Below, one piece after another: positions 18,363 to 27,894 of a stretch of DNA of 64,000 nucleotides (its first letter is position 1; the number at the start of each line of letters is the position of its first letter). The stretch covers positions 1-64,000 of the IMG/VR virus record IMGVR_UViG_3300050025_000126; one strand, 5' to 3'. The stretch comes from a virus. Below the pieces are notes generated by a model. The model was not told where the DNA came from. It was given only the letters and a program-made list of their open reading frames with translations, and did no database searches. The translations under genes and the position numbers were made by a program.

Positions 18363-18630
18363 GTTCTCTAATCATAAAGGCAATCGCCCCAGAAGTCCAG
18401 GTAAAGGAATCGCAAGTCATTTCAGCTAGATAATTTCTAGAGAATCTAGCACAATATTTCCTAGCAGTCTTTAAGCCATACTCATTAAAAAGGATTAACC
18501 ATGCTGTTGTCATGGCGCTTTTCCCGTACCAACCCCACGATGCGTCTTCACCTGAAGCGATTGTGTATCCTTTGCTTGTTACGGTTCTGGCACCGTCCCT
18601 AGTCGAAAATCTGTAAACATTAGACTCCAT
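18343..18630 (-). CDS. hypothetical protein (DUF6166-like)
   Basis: SWGWYGKSAMTTAWLIL motif; leaderless after promoter TTGACA-17-TAATAT at 18637-18665. Confidence 0.5.
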   Translation of the reverse strand: MESNVYRFSTRDGARTVTSKGYTIASGEDASWGWYGKSAMTTAWLILFNEYGLKTARKYCARFSRNYLAEMTCDSFTWTSGAIAFMIRELERPHD

Positions 18631-18648
18631 ATATAAATATTAGCCTAC

Positions 18649-19206
18649 TTATACTTCGGTGTCAATATTAAAATGCTCGATATTGTGTTCCCGGCAAAAG
18701 CGATTGAGCTTCAAAACGTTGTCTGTGTCATTCAGGCGTTGATACATGCCTCGAATGGTCTTTTCGGGAACCTGGTGGACGTTGCGCTTTAAGGAGGTTT
18801 CGACGCTGATGTTTAGCGTTACGATTACGGTTTTGTAGCCATATGCGTCGGCAATCTTAACGTAATGCGAAAACTCTGATATAGTGGTGTTGGTGTTGTC
18901 GAGGAAGATGCAGGAGTACTTAATTATATTCCACACTCCATTATATAGAGGTGGCCAGTACCCCTGGACACAACTGATAAAACGCCTTAGGCAAGATTGG
19001 TGAGCGAGGCCAATCATAGAGCGGTCAAAGTTATAGGTCCCGGCCTGAATAAAATAACTATCAGCGCTACAATCATTGTACGGGCCTGTAGTTCTTGAAT
19101 ATATCATTTGCTCAATCGTGCTCTTCCCCGCCCCAGGAATTCCTCTCAAAATGAAGACGGTTGGCTTATCGAATTTGACTTGCTGCAAAAATTCTTCTTT
19201 GGTCAT
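18649..19206 (-). CDS. P-loop kinase (AAA_33, N4BP2/PNK-like)
   Basis: LRGIPGAGKST Walker A, CSADSYF, LDNTN, RNVHQVP; likely start ATG 19206. Confidence 0.85.
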   Translation of the reverse strand: MTKEEFLQQVKFDKPTVFILRGIPGAGKSTIEQMIYSRTTGPYNDCSADSYFIQAGTYNFDRSMIGLAHQSCLRRFISCVQGYWPPLYNGVWNIIKYSCIFLDNTNTTISEFSHYVKIADAYGYKTVIVTLNISVETSLKRNVHQVPEKTIRGMYQRLNDTDNVLKLNRFCREHNIEHFNIDTEV

Positions 19207-19207
19207 T

Positions 19208-19936
19208 TTAACCCTTATTGATTTGGCGGCGGTAGACGTCAGCTTTAAAAGTCTTGGCGTTAGTATACCCACTCTTTACCCATTGCTTTCCCCGGAGGTA
19301 TTCGTCTCCTTCCAGGATAACTTCGCCTACGTTCAAAAAGATATAGCATGGGCGATTGACATTAGCAACCTTTTCTTCCTTCACCGGTTGCGTGATCTTG
19401 CGGCGGCAATGACCTACATTGTTCTCCCACAGGGTGTTACCGTCCCACATACCCTGAACCTTCCACCCACCATTCCCGATATTCCATTCGTCAGTTCCTC
19501 GGATCTTGTCTCCCTCTTGGAGGTAATAGTAACCGTTGTTCTTGGCAGGCTTTTGTTTGACTTCAGGCGTCTTAACTTCTACCTTGCGGCGAACGACGAA
19601 GCGCTCACTATAAGTAGAGGCCTCCTTTCCGATTTGGCTGGAGCAACCCATCCAAAAGGCCTCACTGGCGCTAGGGGCAACCTTATAATTAAATTCGTCG
19701 CCCTTTTTAACAATTTCATCGGGCTTCACAACGCGGTAGCCCTTGCCTACATTAAGAGTCTTGACGCGCTTGGCCTTAGACTTGATGGGGCGGCGGTAAC
19801 GGCAGGCTTGGCTATCGTCCAGAACAACTCCTATCATGCTAAGGCACTCTTCATAAATCCCATCAGAACCGGCCCATTCATCGCCCTTACGAATGGTGTC
19901 ACCAGCGGTCAATGTCTTGTATTGTTTGTTTGCCAT
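19208..19936 (-). CDS. RRK-module protein (4 modules)
   Basis: Leaderless ATG 19936 seven nt after -10 box; four GDE…RR[KPQ] modules. Confidence 0.8.
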   Translation of the reverse strand: MANKQYKTLTAGDTIRKGDEWAGSDGIYEECLSMIGVVLDDSQACRYRRPIKSKAKRVKTLNVGKGYRVVKPDEIVKKGDEFNYKVAPSASEAFWMGCSSQIGKEASTYSERFVVRRKVEVKTPEVKQKPAKNNGYYYLQEGDKIRGTDEWNIGNGGWKVQGMWDGNTLWENNVGHCRRKITQPVKEEKVANVNRPCYIFLNVGEVILEGDEYLRGKQWVKSGYTNAKTFKADVYRRQINKG

Positions 19937-19943
19937 GGAAGAC

Positions 19944-19981
19944 ACTTTATCATATTCAGAAACGAAGTCAACAACAATCTT
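19944..19981. promoter_or_regulatory. back-to-back early(-)/late(+) promoter junction
   Basis: Minus: TTGACT-16-TAAAGT; plus: CAATCTT 6 nt before ATG 19988; identical 15-mer. Confidence 0.75.
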
Positions 19982-19987
19982 ATGTGT

Positions 19988-20716
19988 ATGCTCGGCTTCG
20001 TAACCCAAGAACAACCCAATGCGTTAAGGATAGATTATAACTCGAAAGAGTTCTTGAATCTACACAAATCTTTTCCTGTTTTGACACTAGTTGTTAAGAA
20101 GGTTTGTGTGGGGTGTGGAGTTGAAAAGCCTCTGGAAGAATTCTCCCTTCAAAAACTAGGCAAGCTAGGAAGAAGGTCCAGATGTAAAGATTGCATCAGT
20201 CAAGAAAGGTCCGCCTATCTTTTGGAAAATTTAGATAGCGAAAGGGCAAAAAAAAGGAGCTACGCAGCAGCCCACAAAGAACAAGGTAGACTAAGAGGTA
20301 AGAGGTTCCGGGAAAGCAATCCTGATCGACGGCTGGCTATTAGAAAAAAATCGGAGGATAAGTGTAGAGCGTCTAGGAATGAAAGAAACAGATTCAGAAC
20401 AAAAACCGATATTGCCTTTAGATTGAGAAAGGCTATCAGAGGTAGGGTAAACAAATGGGTTAAGGGCATAGGCAAGGCCGGTTCTGGAGTTAAAGATATT
20501 GGTTGCACTATGGAGTTTTTTAAAGGATACATTGAGTCGAAATTTCTTCCCGGAATGAGTTGGGATAACTATGGGTTGAGAGGATGGCACATAGACCATA
20601 TCGAACCTTTAATTAATTTTGATCCTACAGACAGGGGGCAATTTCTTAAGGCGTGCCACTACACTAACCTACAGCCCTTGTGGTGGCTGGAGAACCTTTC
20701 TAAGGGGAGTAAATAA
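19988..20716 (+). CDS. HNH-family homing endonuclease
   Basis: Zn ribbon KVCVGC…CKDC; GMSWDNYG…WHIDHIEP…HYTNLQPLW…NLSKG; start reassigned from 19076. Confidence 0.85.
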   Translation: MLGFVTQEQPNALRIDYNSKEFLNLHKSFPVLTLVVKKVCVGCGVEKPLEEFSLQKLGKLGRRSRCKDCISQERSAYLLENLDSERAKKRSYAAAHKEQGRLRGKRFRESNPDRRLAIRKKSEDKCRASRNERNRFRTKTDIAFRLRKAIRGRVNKWVKGIGKAGSGVKDIGCTMEFFKGYIESKFLPGMSWDNYGLRGWHIDHIEPLINFDPTDRGQFLKACHYTNLQPLWWLENLSKGSK

Positions 20717-22882
20717 GTGGCAGTGGTGTTTGTAGCGTGGGACGGCGACTTTATTGGCAAGCTGATAGGCCAAGCCCGCCTTCACGATGACCCAGATGCG
20801 CTTAGAAAGGTCGCCTCTTCTATCGATAGAGGTAACCAGCTTTTTAACAATTGGGCTGTAAACCACGGTGGAACAGCTATCAGCGCTGGTGGAGACGAGG
20901 GAATAGTAAGCGTTCCAGCTACAGCTCTTGCTGACTTACAAGACATCAAGTCAAAGTATGAAGATGCCCTTACCGTAACTGTTTCGATTGGCGTGGGGAT
21001 GCGTATGAGCCAGGCTTTCACCGCGCTTCTAGCTTCTAAGTTAAGAGGTAAGAATAGGGTGACAATGTACGATAAAGACGTACAGGACGAAGTAAACGAA
21101 GCCTCAAAGAGCGAAGACACAGAAAAACAAAAACTAGCCAAAGAATACCTATCAAAAGCCCAAACCATAACACACACAGGCGATGGCGGCAAACCAAGTA
21201 GCTATCAAGTCCAGGAACAGTCTGCTAATCCCGAAATACAGCAGCAACAGGACCTAGAAGGCTTTAAGCACCAAGTACCAGAAGATATCAATAATTTTGA
21301 AGCAGAATTCCACAAGATAGCCGCTGAATCAGAAAAGAAAGACCAAGCCTTCAAAGCCTCTAAATCGACTGACCTAAAAGCCCTTAAGCAAAAGGTCGCT
21401 CAATCGCTACAGGCTATCCATCAACAGCTACCTCAATTAGCAGAAATCAAGCAAGCCGCTCCTGAAACCTATGCAGCCGTAATAGGGGTTGTACAGGGTC
21501 TAATAGCAATGGGCAGGCAGCTACAGCAAAACGACCAACAATTAGCAAAAGCTATTGGTGTAAAAAGAAAGGCTTGGACCGGTGGAGGAGCTACTATTCC
21601 TGCTTACGGTACTCCTGAACGAGCTAAGTGGGAAAACAATTATAAACAGGCTGTAGCCAATTACTTTACTGAAGGCCAAGCCCACAAGCTTAAACTAGTC
21701 AAATTCCCTATTGATAAAGTTGACCGGTCTCATGCTGTATTTGGTAATGAAGCCAAGACTCGATTATATCATAGGATGGTCGTTGGTGGTGATCGGTTGC
21801 CTCCTTCTTATGGAGCTGTGCGTAACGGACGTCTTAGAATCGTAGACGGTAATCGCAGGCTAGATGTTGCTTTAGCTAACAAACTACCCCATATCGAGGC
21901 TTATGTTCAAAAATCGGAAGTAAACGTAACCCACAATGATAGTCTACCTCCAGCTGGTATGACCGCTACTTCTACAGGTGGCTTTGAGAATTATGATTTG
22001 GGGATGGATAAGGCGGATTTAATGCCAGGCGGTCTAGCTGATAATCTAAGGCCTGAAAACTTCGACCAAGAGCAATTAGCAATAGGGGAACAACACGAGC
22101 TAGAACATACGAATGACCCCCAATTAGCTTGTGAAATTGCTATGGATCATCTGGCAGAAGATCCTGATTACTACAAGCAGGATGAAGATTTAGACAAAGA
22201 GCCGTTGCAGAAGATGGCCCTTATTCATAATGACCCTAACAAGCCAATGACGGTTTATAGGGTACAGAATGCTAATGGTGAGGGGCCGTATAGTCCTACT
22301 GATAGGCACGACGTTCCTATGAATACTCCCAAAGGAAGTAGCCCTTTACCAGAAGACGATTTTTCTGCGAATGATTGGGGTATTCAAACGGGGGAACACC
22401 GGTTTGGCTTTGAGAAACCGGAACACGCAAAAAAGTGGTTTGGCGAGGACATCCTTAACCGATTGGGCACTCGCGGGTTTGCGTTAGAACCGGTGAAGGC
22501 AAGAAGGGTCTATCGCAGCAAGTCTGGAAGGCAAGTCTTCTTCCTCCCTCACGAATCTGAGACCAAACTTCAAATGGCTAAATCAGATTGGCCTATGTCT
22601 GAAGACAAAGAAGAGCTTGACCCTTCCCAGCCAGTAAAAGAAAGCAAAGTCTTGGACAAGGGCGTTATGCCAGAGCACATTGCGTCAATGAAAGCCAAAC
22701 ACAAATTAGTGCCTGGCGAAATTTTAGATTCGAGGCATTTGGTAGGAGTTTCGCCTAGTGGAAAAAACGTGGTAAGAGAGGTCAGCGCGGGAATGCAACG
22801 CGACCTGTCAGAGACCAGCAACACAACAGGACCAGGCGAAGGACAGCCTACCTCCGCTAGGAACCGGCCAAGCAGGACTTAA
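20717..22882 (+). CDS. polyprotein: mCpol-like cyclase + ParB-like + DUF5661-like + C-terminal phage domain
   Basis: DGDFIG…GGDEG…TVSIGVG…ALLASKLRGKN (mCpol-like palm); IVDGNRR (ParB/Srx); GEQHELEHT…IAMDHLAEDPDYY; VYRVQNANGEGPY…RFGF. Confidence 0.75.
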   Translation: MAVVFVAWDGDFIGKLIGQARLHDDPDALRKVASSIDRGNQLFNNWAVNHGGTAISAGGDEGIVSVPATALADLQDIKSKYEDALTVTVSIGVGMRMSQAFTALLASKLRGKNRVTMYDKDVQDEVNEASKSEDTEKQKLAKEYLSKAQTITHTGDGGKPSSYQVQEQSANPEIQQQQDLEGFKHQVPEDINNFEAEFHKIAAESEKKDQAFKASKSTDLKALKQKVAQSLQAIHQQLPQLAEIKQAAPETYAAVIGVVQGLIAMGRQLQQNDQQLAKAIGVKRKAWTGGGATIPAYGTPERAKWENNYKQAVANYFTEGQAHKLKLVKFPIDKVDRSHAVFGNEAKTRLYHRMVVGGDRLPPSYGAVRNGRLRIVDGNRRLDVALANKLPHIEAYVQKSEVNVTHNDSLPPAGMTATSTGGFENYDLGMDKADLMPGGLADNLRPENFDQEQLAIGEQHELEHTNDPQLACEIAMDHLAEDPDYYKQDEDLDKEPLQKMALIHNDPNKPMTVYRVQNANGEGPYSPTDRHDVPMNTPKGSSPLPEDDFSANDWGIQTGEHRFGFEKPEHAKKWFGEDILNRLGTRGFALEPVKARRVYRSKSGRQVFFLPHESETKLQMAKSDWPMSEDKEELDPSQPVKESKVLDKGVMPEHIASMKAKHKLVPGEILDSRHLVGVSPSGKNVVREVSAGMQRDLSETSNTTGPGEGQPTSARNRPSRT

Positions 22883-23399
22883 TCGTCTCGAAAGCTTCAG
22901 TAAGCTTCTCCAGCTTCTCTTTAAGTTCCTTGTTTTCTTGGCGCAGTCTGTTAAGTTCTTCCTGTACTGCGCAATTCGTTGCCGGTTCCTTTTCGGCTGC
23001 TTCTGCCTTCGGCTTATTCTCAGCCGCACTTGAGCCGCTTACTTCGGTGGTTGTGTTTCCTTTATAGACCCGAGCGTCCCCATAGACCCGAGCGTTCCCA
23101 GAGACCCGAGCGTTCCCATAGACCCGAGCGTCCCCATAGACCCAAGCGTTCCCAGAGACCCAAGCGTTCCCATAGACCCAAGCGTCCCCATAGACCCAAG
23201 CGTTCCCAGAGACCCAAGCGTCCCCATAGACCCAAGCGTTCCCAGAGTGGTCTAGATTTCGCTCCGCTTCAATAAATCCGCCTGGTTCGCCCTTTTTAAC
23301 ATCGCCAAACGCGCGCAGCGCGACAATGCGATGTAAGATGGCGCCGTAATGATCGACAGTTTCTTTTGTGAACTTGTACTTCTTTTGGGGCTTTGCCAT
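22857..23399 (-). CDS. hexapeptide-repeat (left-handed beta-helix) phage protein with C-terminal coiled coil
   Basis: KKYKF…RIVALRAFGDVKKGEPGGFIE followed by 10 x G[ND]A[WR]V[YS]; AAGGA RBS; promoter TTGACT-17-TAGACT at 23446-23474. Confidence 0.85.
   Translation of the reverse strand: MAKPQKKYKFTKETVDHYGAILHRIVALRAFGDVKKGEPGGFIEAERNLDHSGNAWVYGDAWVSGNAWVYGDAWVYGNAWVSGNAWVYGDARVYGNARVSGNARVYGDARVYKGNTTTEVSGSSAAENKPKAEAAEKEPATNCAVQEELNRLRQENKELKEKLEKLTEAFETIKSCLAGS
23064..23243. repeat. 18-bp tandem repeat x10
   Basis: Unit A(T/G)AGACCC(G/A)AGCGT(C/T)CCC encoding the hexapeptide. Confidence 0.95.
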
Positions 23400-23481
23400 G
23401 TTTGGGTCCTTTGCTAGAGTTTGCTTAATCTTTGAAAGTGAAACTAGTCTATACCGGGTCTGGGGAAGAGTCAATCTTTAT

Positions 23482-24258
23482 TTAGGCAGTAAGCTGTCGG
23501 GGAGCCGCTCCTAGACTAGGCTTAGCTCCTCCCAGATTGATTTTAGAGCCCGCTTCTTTGCCTTGGGTATGTGCATCCCGGTTAATGTAAGACTTGCTCT
23601 GTGCGACGTTCTTAAGGGCTGGCTTGATTTGGTTAAAATACTTCTCGACTTCCTTGTGGTCTTGACGCACCAGAACCATTGCCTTGGAATCGGTGACTGA
23701 TTCAACCTTCTCTGCCGCAACCTGTTCAATCAAGCGGCGGTAAATTTCATTTGACGCACCAAGGAAGAACGAATTCTTGTAATGTTTCCCGTGGATTCGG
23801 TTGGCTTCCACAGGAGAAAAGGCATTAAAATTAAGCCATGCGTTATTAGCCAGTCGTTCAATCTCTTTCTCCAGGTAAAGGTACATATAATTGGCGGTCT
23901 GAACGTTAGCGCGACGACCCACAACCTTGAAACGATTGTGCTTGGTACGGTTGGGATACTCGCCCTCGATAACGTAGGTGTACCAGCCGTGGCAGTGGAA
24001 GGCCTTGATAAGACCCATGAGGATGTTGCTCTTCCAGGTAATAACACGCTGGCCATTGACGCCGTCCCAAAAGATATTATCAATCGGGTCAGAGTTTGAT
24101 GCACCGCTTTCAACCCTCAAATCGGCCTCTTCAAGCTCATAGTCGGCCATCATCTGGGCAGCCTTACCAGCAGCCGCAGCAGCTTCGTTAGCGTTAGAGC
24201 TGGTGGAAAGGGCCAAGAGCTTCTTGATTCGGTCAATGATTTTTGAAGTGTTTTCCAT
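23482..24258 (-). CDS. DUF2786-domain protein
   Basis: KIIDRIKKLLALS…NEAAAAAGKAAQMM N-terminus; leaderless start. Confidence 0.8.
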   Translation of the reverse strand: MENTSKIIDRIKKLLALSTSSNANEAAAAAGKAAQMMADYELEEADLRVESGASNSDPIDNIFWDGVNGQRVITWKSNILMGLIKAFHCHGWYTYVIEGEYPNRTKHNRFKVVGRRANVQTANYMYLYLEKEIERLANNAWLNFNAFSPVEANRIHGKHYKNSFFLGASNEIYRRLIEQVAAEKVESVTDSKAMVLVRQDHKEVEKYFNQIKPALKNVAQSKSYINRDAHTQGKEAGSKINLGGAKPSLGAAPRQLTA

Positions 24259-24265
24259 GGAAGAG

Positions 24266-24304
24266 ACCTTAGCTCAGGAGCCAAAACAAGTCAACAACAA
24301 TCTT
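24266..24304. promoter_or_regulatory. back-to-back early(-)/late(+) promoter junction
   Basis: Minus: TTGACT-17-TAAGGT; plus: CAATCTT 6 nt before GTG 24311; identical 15-mer. Confidence 0.75.
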
Positions 24305-24310
24305 TTTAAA

Positions 24311-25369
24311 GTGCCACTAGACGCATTGTCACCAAAAATAAGGCCTCGGGATGGGGCGGATGTAACCGAGGCTTTTGGTATATTCTCGGGGGATATCCTT
24401 ATTATGAATGCGTTGCGCTATGGGTTACAAGACCTTCGTGACAACCCGTGGCAATTAACTTTAGTCTTTGCGTCATTGTTAAACGATCCTCTTACCGCAG
24501 AAGCCTACGGACAGAAAGAGGCCCAGAAGGCAATTGATTGGTTTCTAAAGACGAGCGTGCCAGTTATTCTTGACGCAACTCTTACTAATAGTCCAGCAAT
24601 GCCCTGTGTCATTGTCGGCCTGCAAGACTCCAACGAAGCTCAGGCCACTCTTGCCGATCTGCATTATGTACCCCATCAAACCGTTGAAAGCGAATGGGAG
24701 CCTCTAACACAGAAATTCTCGGCTGTTTACGATCCTTCTACAGGCCTAGTTATCCCTTCTGTCCCCGTAATCGTCAACAATCAAATGGTCCTGTTTGATA
24801 AGAACGGTTCTACCTTTCCTGTTCTAGACACTCAAATAGATATCAACGGTAATGAAAACTTCCTGATTACTAAAAATGCTCCTAATGCTGATTTTAGTCA
24901 ATGTGTATTGAAATGGGCCACCAATAGGGTGTCGGTTCAGTTAGAGTCTTTGGTCTTTAGCGAGACTTATAACATAGTGTGTAATACCAAAGGCGAGCCT
25001 AGTTATACGTTATATCTTTATTCTATAATTAAGTATATCCTCCTGAGGTACAAGAAAACATTGCTTGAGGGTCGAGGATTTGAGAACACCACGATTAAAT
25101 GTAGTCGACTCATGCCTAACAACACCCTAGGTCCTGCTGGTTCAGAAAATATCTGGACACGGGTAATTACTATTACAGGTCTCGTTCGTGAATCCTGGGC
25201 GACTACAACTTCAGAACGTATTACCCAAGCCTCTTATAACAACGCTGGCCCCGATGGTTTACTTGTCTCTCAAAAAGATTTCTTGCCAAGCGGATTTAAA
25301 GCAGACCCAGCTCAATCAGACCCTTCATATTTGGCGGGCCTTGGCGATGGAATAGGAGTTAAGTTGTAA
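24311..25369 (+). CDS. putative neck/tail-completion protein
   Basis: Start reassigned to GTG 24311; PCVIVGLQDSNE and C-terminal ETYNIVC…WTRVITITG pattern; upstream of sheath. Confidence 0.5.
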   Translation: MPLDALSPKIRPRDGADVTEAFGIFSGDILIMNALRYGLQDLRDNPWQLTLVFASLLNDPLTAEAYGQKEAQKAIDWFLKTSVPVILDATLTNSPAMPCVIVGLQDSNEAQATLADLHYVPHQTVESEWEPLTQKFSAVYDPSTGLVIPSVPVIVNNQMVLFDKNGSTFPVLDTQIDINGNENFLITKNAPNADFSQCVLKWATNRVSVQLESLVFSETYNIVCNTKGEPSYTLYLYSIIKYILLRYKKTLLEGRGFENTTIKCSRLMPNNTLGPAGSENIWTRVITITGLVRESWATTTSERITQASYNNAGPDGLLVSQKDFLPSGFKADPAQSDPSYLAGLGDGIGVKL

Positions 25370-25956
25370 TGGACCTACCAGAGTATCAAGAAACAGTTCC
25401 ACACCTAGCTGACCATCCGTTATTTAACGGTAGTCAATCTGTAGGCATGATTAGTGGTGAAAGTCCAAAATGGATATCGAAATTGCCACTGTCCCAACAA
25501 GAGCCAATTAAAAACTATGGACACCAAATGTTAGGTAAAGACCTACAGCATATGGGGCTAAGACATGAGGCAACTGAAGGTAGTTATGGTAGTCCAGAGA
25601 AATCTTATATCGTCTATGGAGCGTCGAAAGACCAGCTACACAATTTAGCTAACAAATATGGTCAAGATTCGTATATTCATGCTGCGAATGGTCATAAATC
25701 TGCCAAGATGCATTATAGTGACTTAGCCCAAGATGAAGCTGGCAATTCCTTAAGAGGCTTTCATGTGCCCAGTAAGGGTAGTTACGCTTTTCATCCAACC
25801 GAGAAGCCAGACGACTACTACACAAAATTGCCTGGCAAAGGTTATATGCGCTTAAATCTAGATTTCGAGCATCCTCCAGTAAGTGATGGCCCAGTGACCA
25901 AATCAGAGTTAAAGCAAAAACTACTAATTGCATTGAAGAAAGCTATGAAACAGTAG
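25369..25956 (+). CDS. hypothetical head-associated protein (DUF3293-like)
   Basis: EGSYGSPEKSYIV…LANKYGQDSYI motif; TAATG coupling. Confidence 0.5.
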   Translation: MDLPEYQETVPHLADHPLFNGSQSVGMISGESPKWISKLPLSQQEPIKNYGHQMLGKDLQHMGLRHEATEGSYGSPEKSYIVYGASKDQLHNLANKYGQDSYIHAANGHKSAKMHYSDLAQDEAGNSLRGFHVPSKGSYAFHPTEKPDDYYTKLPGKGYMRLNLDFEHPPVSDGPVTKSELKQKLLIALKKAMKQ

Positions 25957-26008
25957 CTATTTGTATCTTTGTGACGTTAATCTTAAATAGGAATACAAAA
26001 AGGACACA

Positions 26009-27862
26009 ATGACTAAAGAGTTCAACGCCAGTCTAGCCAAAGCCATTAAAGACGGAATTTCCAAATTCCAATCAACTATCGCCAAGAACCAAGCCAAAGA
26101 AAAGAATGGCCTGGCTAAGCTAAGTAAAACTCTTGGGGGACAAGATCCTGCCTTAACTGGTGCTGGCGGCGATTTAAGTGCTGGCAGTGCTATGACGGAA
26201 GTCCCCAATTTGGCTAGGGCAAGCTCCGATTTAATGCGGTCTGCTGCTTCAGCTAGGGAAGCTTCCAGGTCGGCTAGGGTGAAAGGTAATGGGGAGGGGA
26301 ATCAGGCTACGTATTTACACGGCGGCAACCCAACAGACGAGGGTAACGAGCGTGCTGTAGCTAAAGACAAAAAAGCCAAGAAAAACAATACCAGAGCTGA
26401 ACATGAAGCCTCTAAAGTAGAAAAGGGCGCTTTGCCCGAAGGTGGAGGACCAGGTGTCCCAGGTGGTGTTGGCGACATGAATAGTAATGCTGATGCTGGC
26501 TTTGGCGCTTCTGAAAAGGATATGAACAAAGACGAATTAGGCATGGATAGCCCTGGTTGTGGCGCTTGCGGTTCTAATTCTATTGTTCCGATGGGTATGC
26601 TTGGCAATACTAATTACGTAAAGTGTATGGGTTGCGGCAATATCGGTACTACTCCTAGAGAAGAAAATACCGAAGCTAAGGAGGTTGTTGATCCTACTGT
26701 GGCGAAGGCTGTCATTCCCTTCAATAAGCCAAAGAAGAAGGGGCCAGGTGAGGGCTGGATTACTACAAGAAACAATCCTGCTAACAATCACTTTCTTGCT
26801 TTTAGTAGTTATCAGATTCCCAAAGACGTAGAAAGAGCAAAGAAAAACAACACCAGAGCAGAGCATGAAGCCTCTAAAGTAGAAAAGAGCATGGCCAAGT
26901 TACCTGATGGTTCTGGTTGCGCTACTGGGGTAGTTAAGTCTGAACCCCTAGCCACAATGAGAACAACCAAGATGAAGGGTATTTCTGGTCTACCTGCTCC
27001 TAAGAGCAAAATGGTTGTTAAGGCTGAATTAGAGAAAGTAGCCCCTCCTGGTGAAGAAAGATTGGTCCATAAACTAAAGAATGAATATGGTCATGACACA
27101 GCTGGCAAAAAGAAAGCGTTTGCTACAGCTTGGGCTATTCATAATAAGACCGTAAACAAGGCTGAACTAATTTCTAACAAGGAATCAGAGCAAGTCGGTA
27201 CAGTTGCTGCCAAGAATGTAAAAGGCGCCAAGGACGGTTCTGAAAAGGTTCCTGAGGCAAAGAAGACTGATGATTCTGGGGATGTAAGTAAAGGTAAGAT
27301 TGAAAAAGGCGCAATGGTAGACCATATCAAAGCGGCTTCTGCTAAGGCTGGCGTTCCTGTTAAGTCTGTTCTTGGCTATCAACCCCCAAAGACACTAGCT
27401 GCTGTTAAACCAGCTCCTACGCCTGCTTTTAATAAGTCTACGATTCCTATGGTTGGTGTAGCTAGGGAAATGGCTGTAAAGACTGGTAAGCCGGTTATTC
27501 CAGGTCGTCCAATGGTTACTAAGCTAACAGGCGGCGTACAGGGCCAAATTGCGGCTCAAAAGAACCCCTTGATCCCAATGGTTAATAAAGGGGTTGTGGC
27601 GAAGGGGGAGAATGACTTTAGCTATGGCAGACCAACAAAAGGTAAGATTCAGTTAGGCTATGACGCAACCAAGGATTCAAAAACAGAAACATTGTTTGGG
27701 AAAGAGCCCAAGGTTCTTCATCCTTCTGACAAAAAGAAAGTAACCAAAGCCGAACCAACAATGGCTAAGCCGGTAACTAAATCCCCTGGTTCTGCTCCTG
27801 CCGCTAAGACTGCTGCCCCCAAGGCTCCAGTCGCAATGAAAACCCAAGCACCAAAACTTTAA
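26009..27862 (+). CDS. Lys/Ala-rich low-complexity late protein (internal head/scaffold-like)
   Basis: TAATCTT at 25978, AAGGA RBS; many [VILM]xK[ASG] motifs; duplicated AKKNNTRAEHEASKVEK. Confidence 0.55.
   Translation: MTKEFNASLAKAIKDGISKFQSTIAKNQAKEKNGLAKLSKTLGGQDPALTGAGGDLSAGSAMTEVPNLARASSDLMRSAASAREASRSARVKGNGEGNQATYLHGGNPTDEGNERAVAKDKKAKKNNTRAEHEASKVEKGALPEGGGPGVPGGVGDMNSNADAGFGASEKDMNKDELGMDSPGCGACGSNSIVPMGMLGNTNYVKCMGCGNIGTTPREENTEAKEVVDPTVAKAVIPFNKPKKKGPGEGWITTRNNPANNHFLAFSSYQIPKDVERAKKNNTRAEHEASKVEKSMAKLPDGSGCATGVVKSEPLATMRTTKMKGISGLPAPKSKMVVKAELEKVAPPGEERLVHKLKNEYGHDTAGKKKAFATAWAIHNKTVNKAELISNKESEQVGTVAAKNVKGAKDGSEKVPEAKKTDDSGDVSKGKIEKGAMVDHIKAASAKAGVPVKSVLGYQPPKTLAAVKPAPTPAFNKSTIPMVGVAREMAVKTGKPVIPGRPMVTKLTGGVQGQIAAQKNPLIPMVNKGVVAKGENDFSYGRPTKGKIQLGYDATKDSKTETLFGKEPKVLHPSDKKKVTKAEPTMAKPVTKSPGSAPAAKTAAPKAPVAMKTQAPKL
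26375..26887 (+). repeat. 51-bp direct repeat (26375-26425 and 26837-26887)
   Basis: Both encode AKKNNTRAEHEASKVEK, differing only at synonymous sites. Confidence 0.9.
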
Positions 27863-27894
27863 TGAATACCAATCTTAAGATGGAGAACGAATAA

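Noticed and set aside
19076-19987. N-terminal ~300 aa of the 546-aa + strand ORF
   Set aside because: Antisense shadow of the RRK gene and kinase; the real HNH gene most plausibly starts at 19988 after the late motif.
19988-20716. Group I intron surrounding the HNH gene
   Set aside because: No flanking non-coding space or recognisable intron core; the ORF abuts the next gene directly.
23064-23243. Possible CRISPR array or VNTR switch
   Set aside because: Tandem 18-mers without spacers, in-frame and encoding a known hexapeptide repeat.
23472-23478. CAATCTT as a late promoter
   Set aside because: Overlaps a minus-strand -35 box between two minus genes with no downstream + gene; possibly chance or a remnant junction.
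24203-24310. Upstream start for the neck-like gene
   Set aside because: Overlaps the divergent DUF2786 gene and its promoter; GTG 24311 fits the motif+6 rule.
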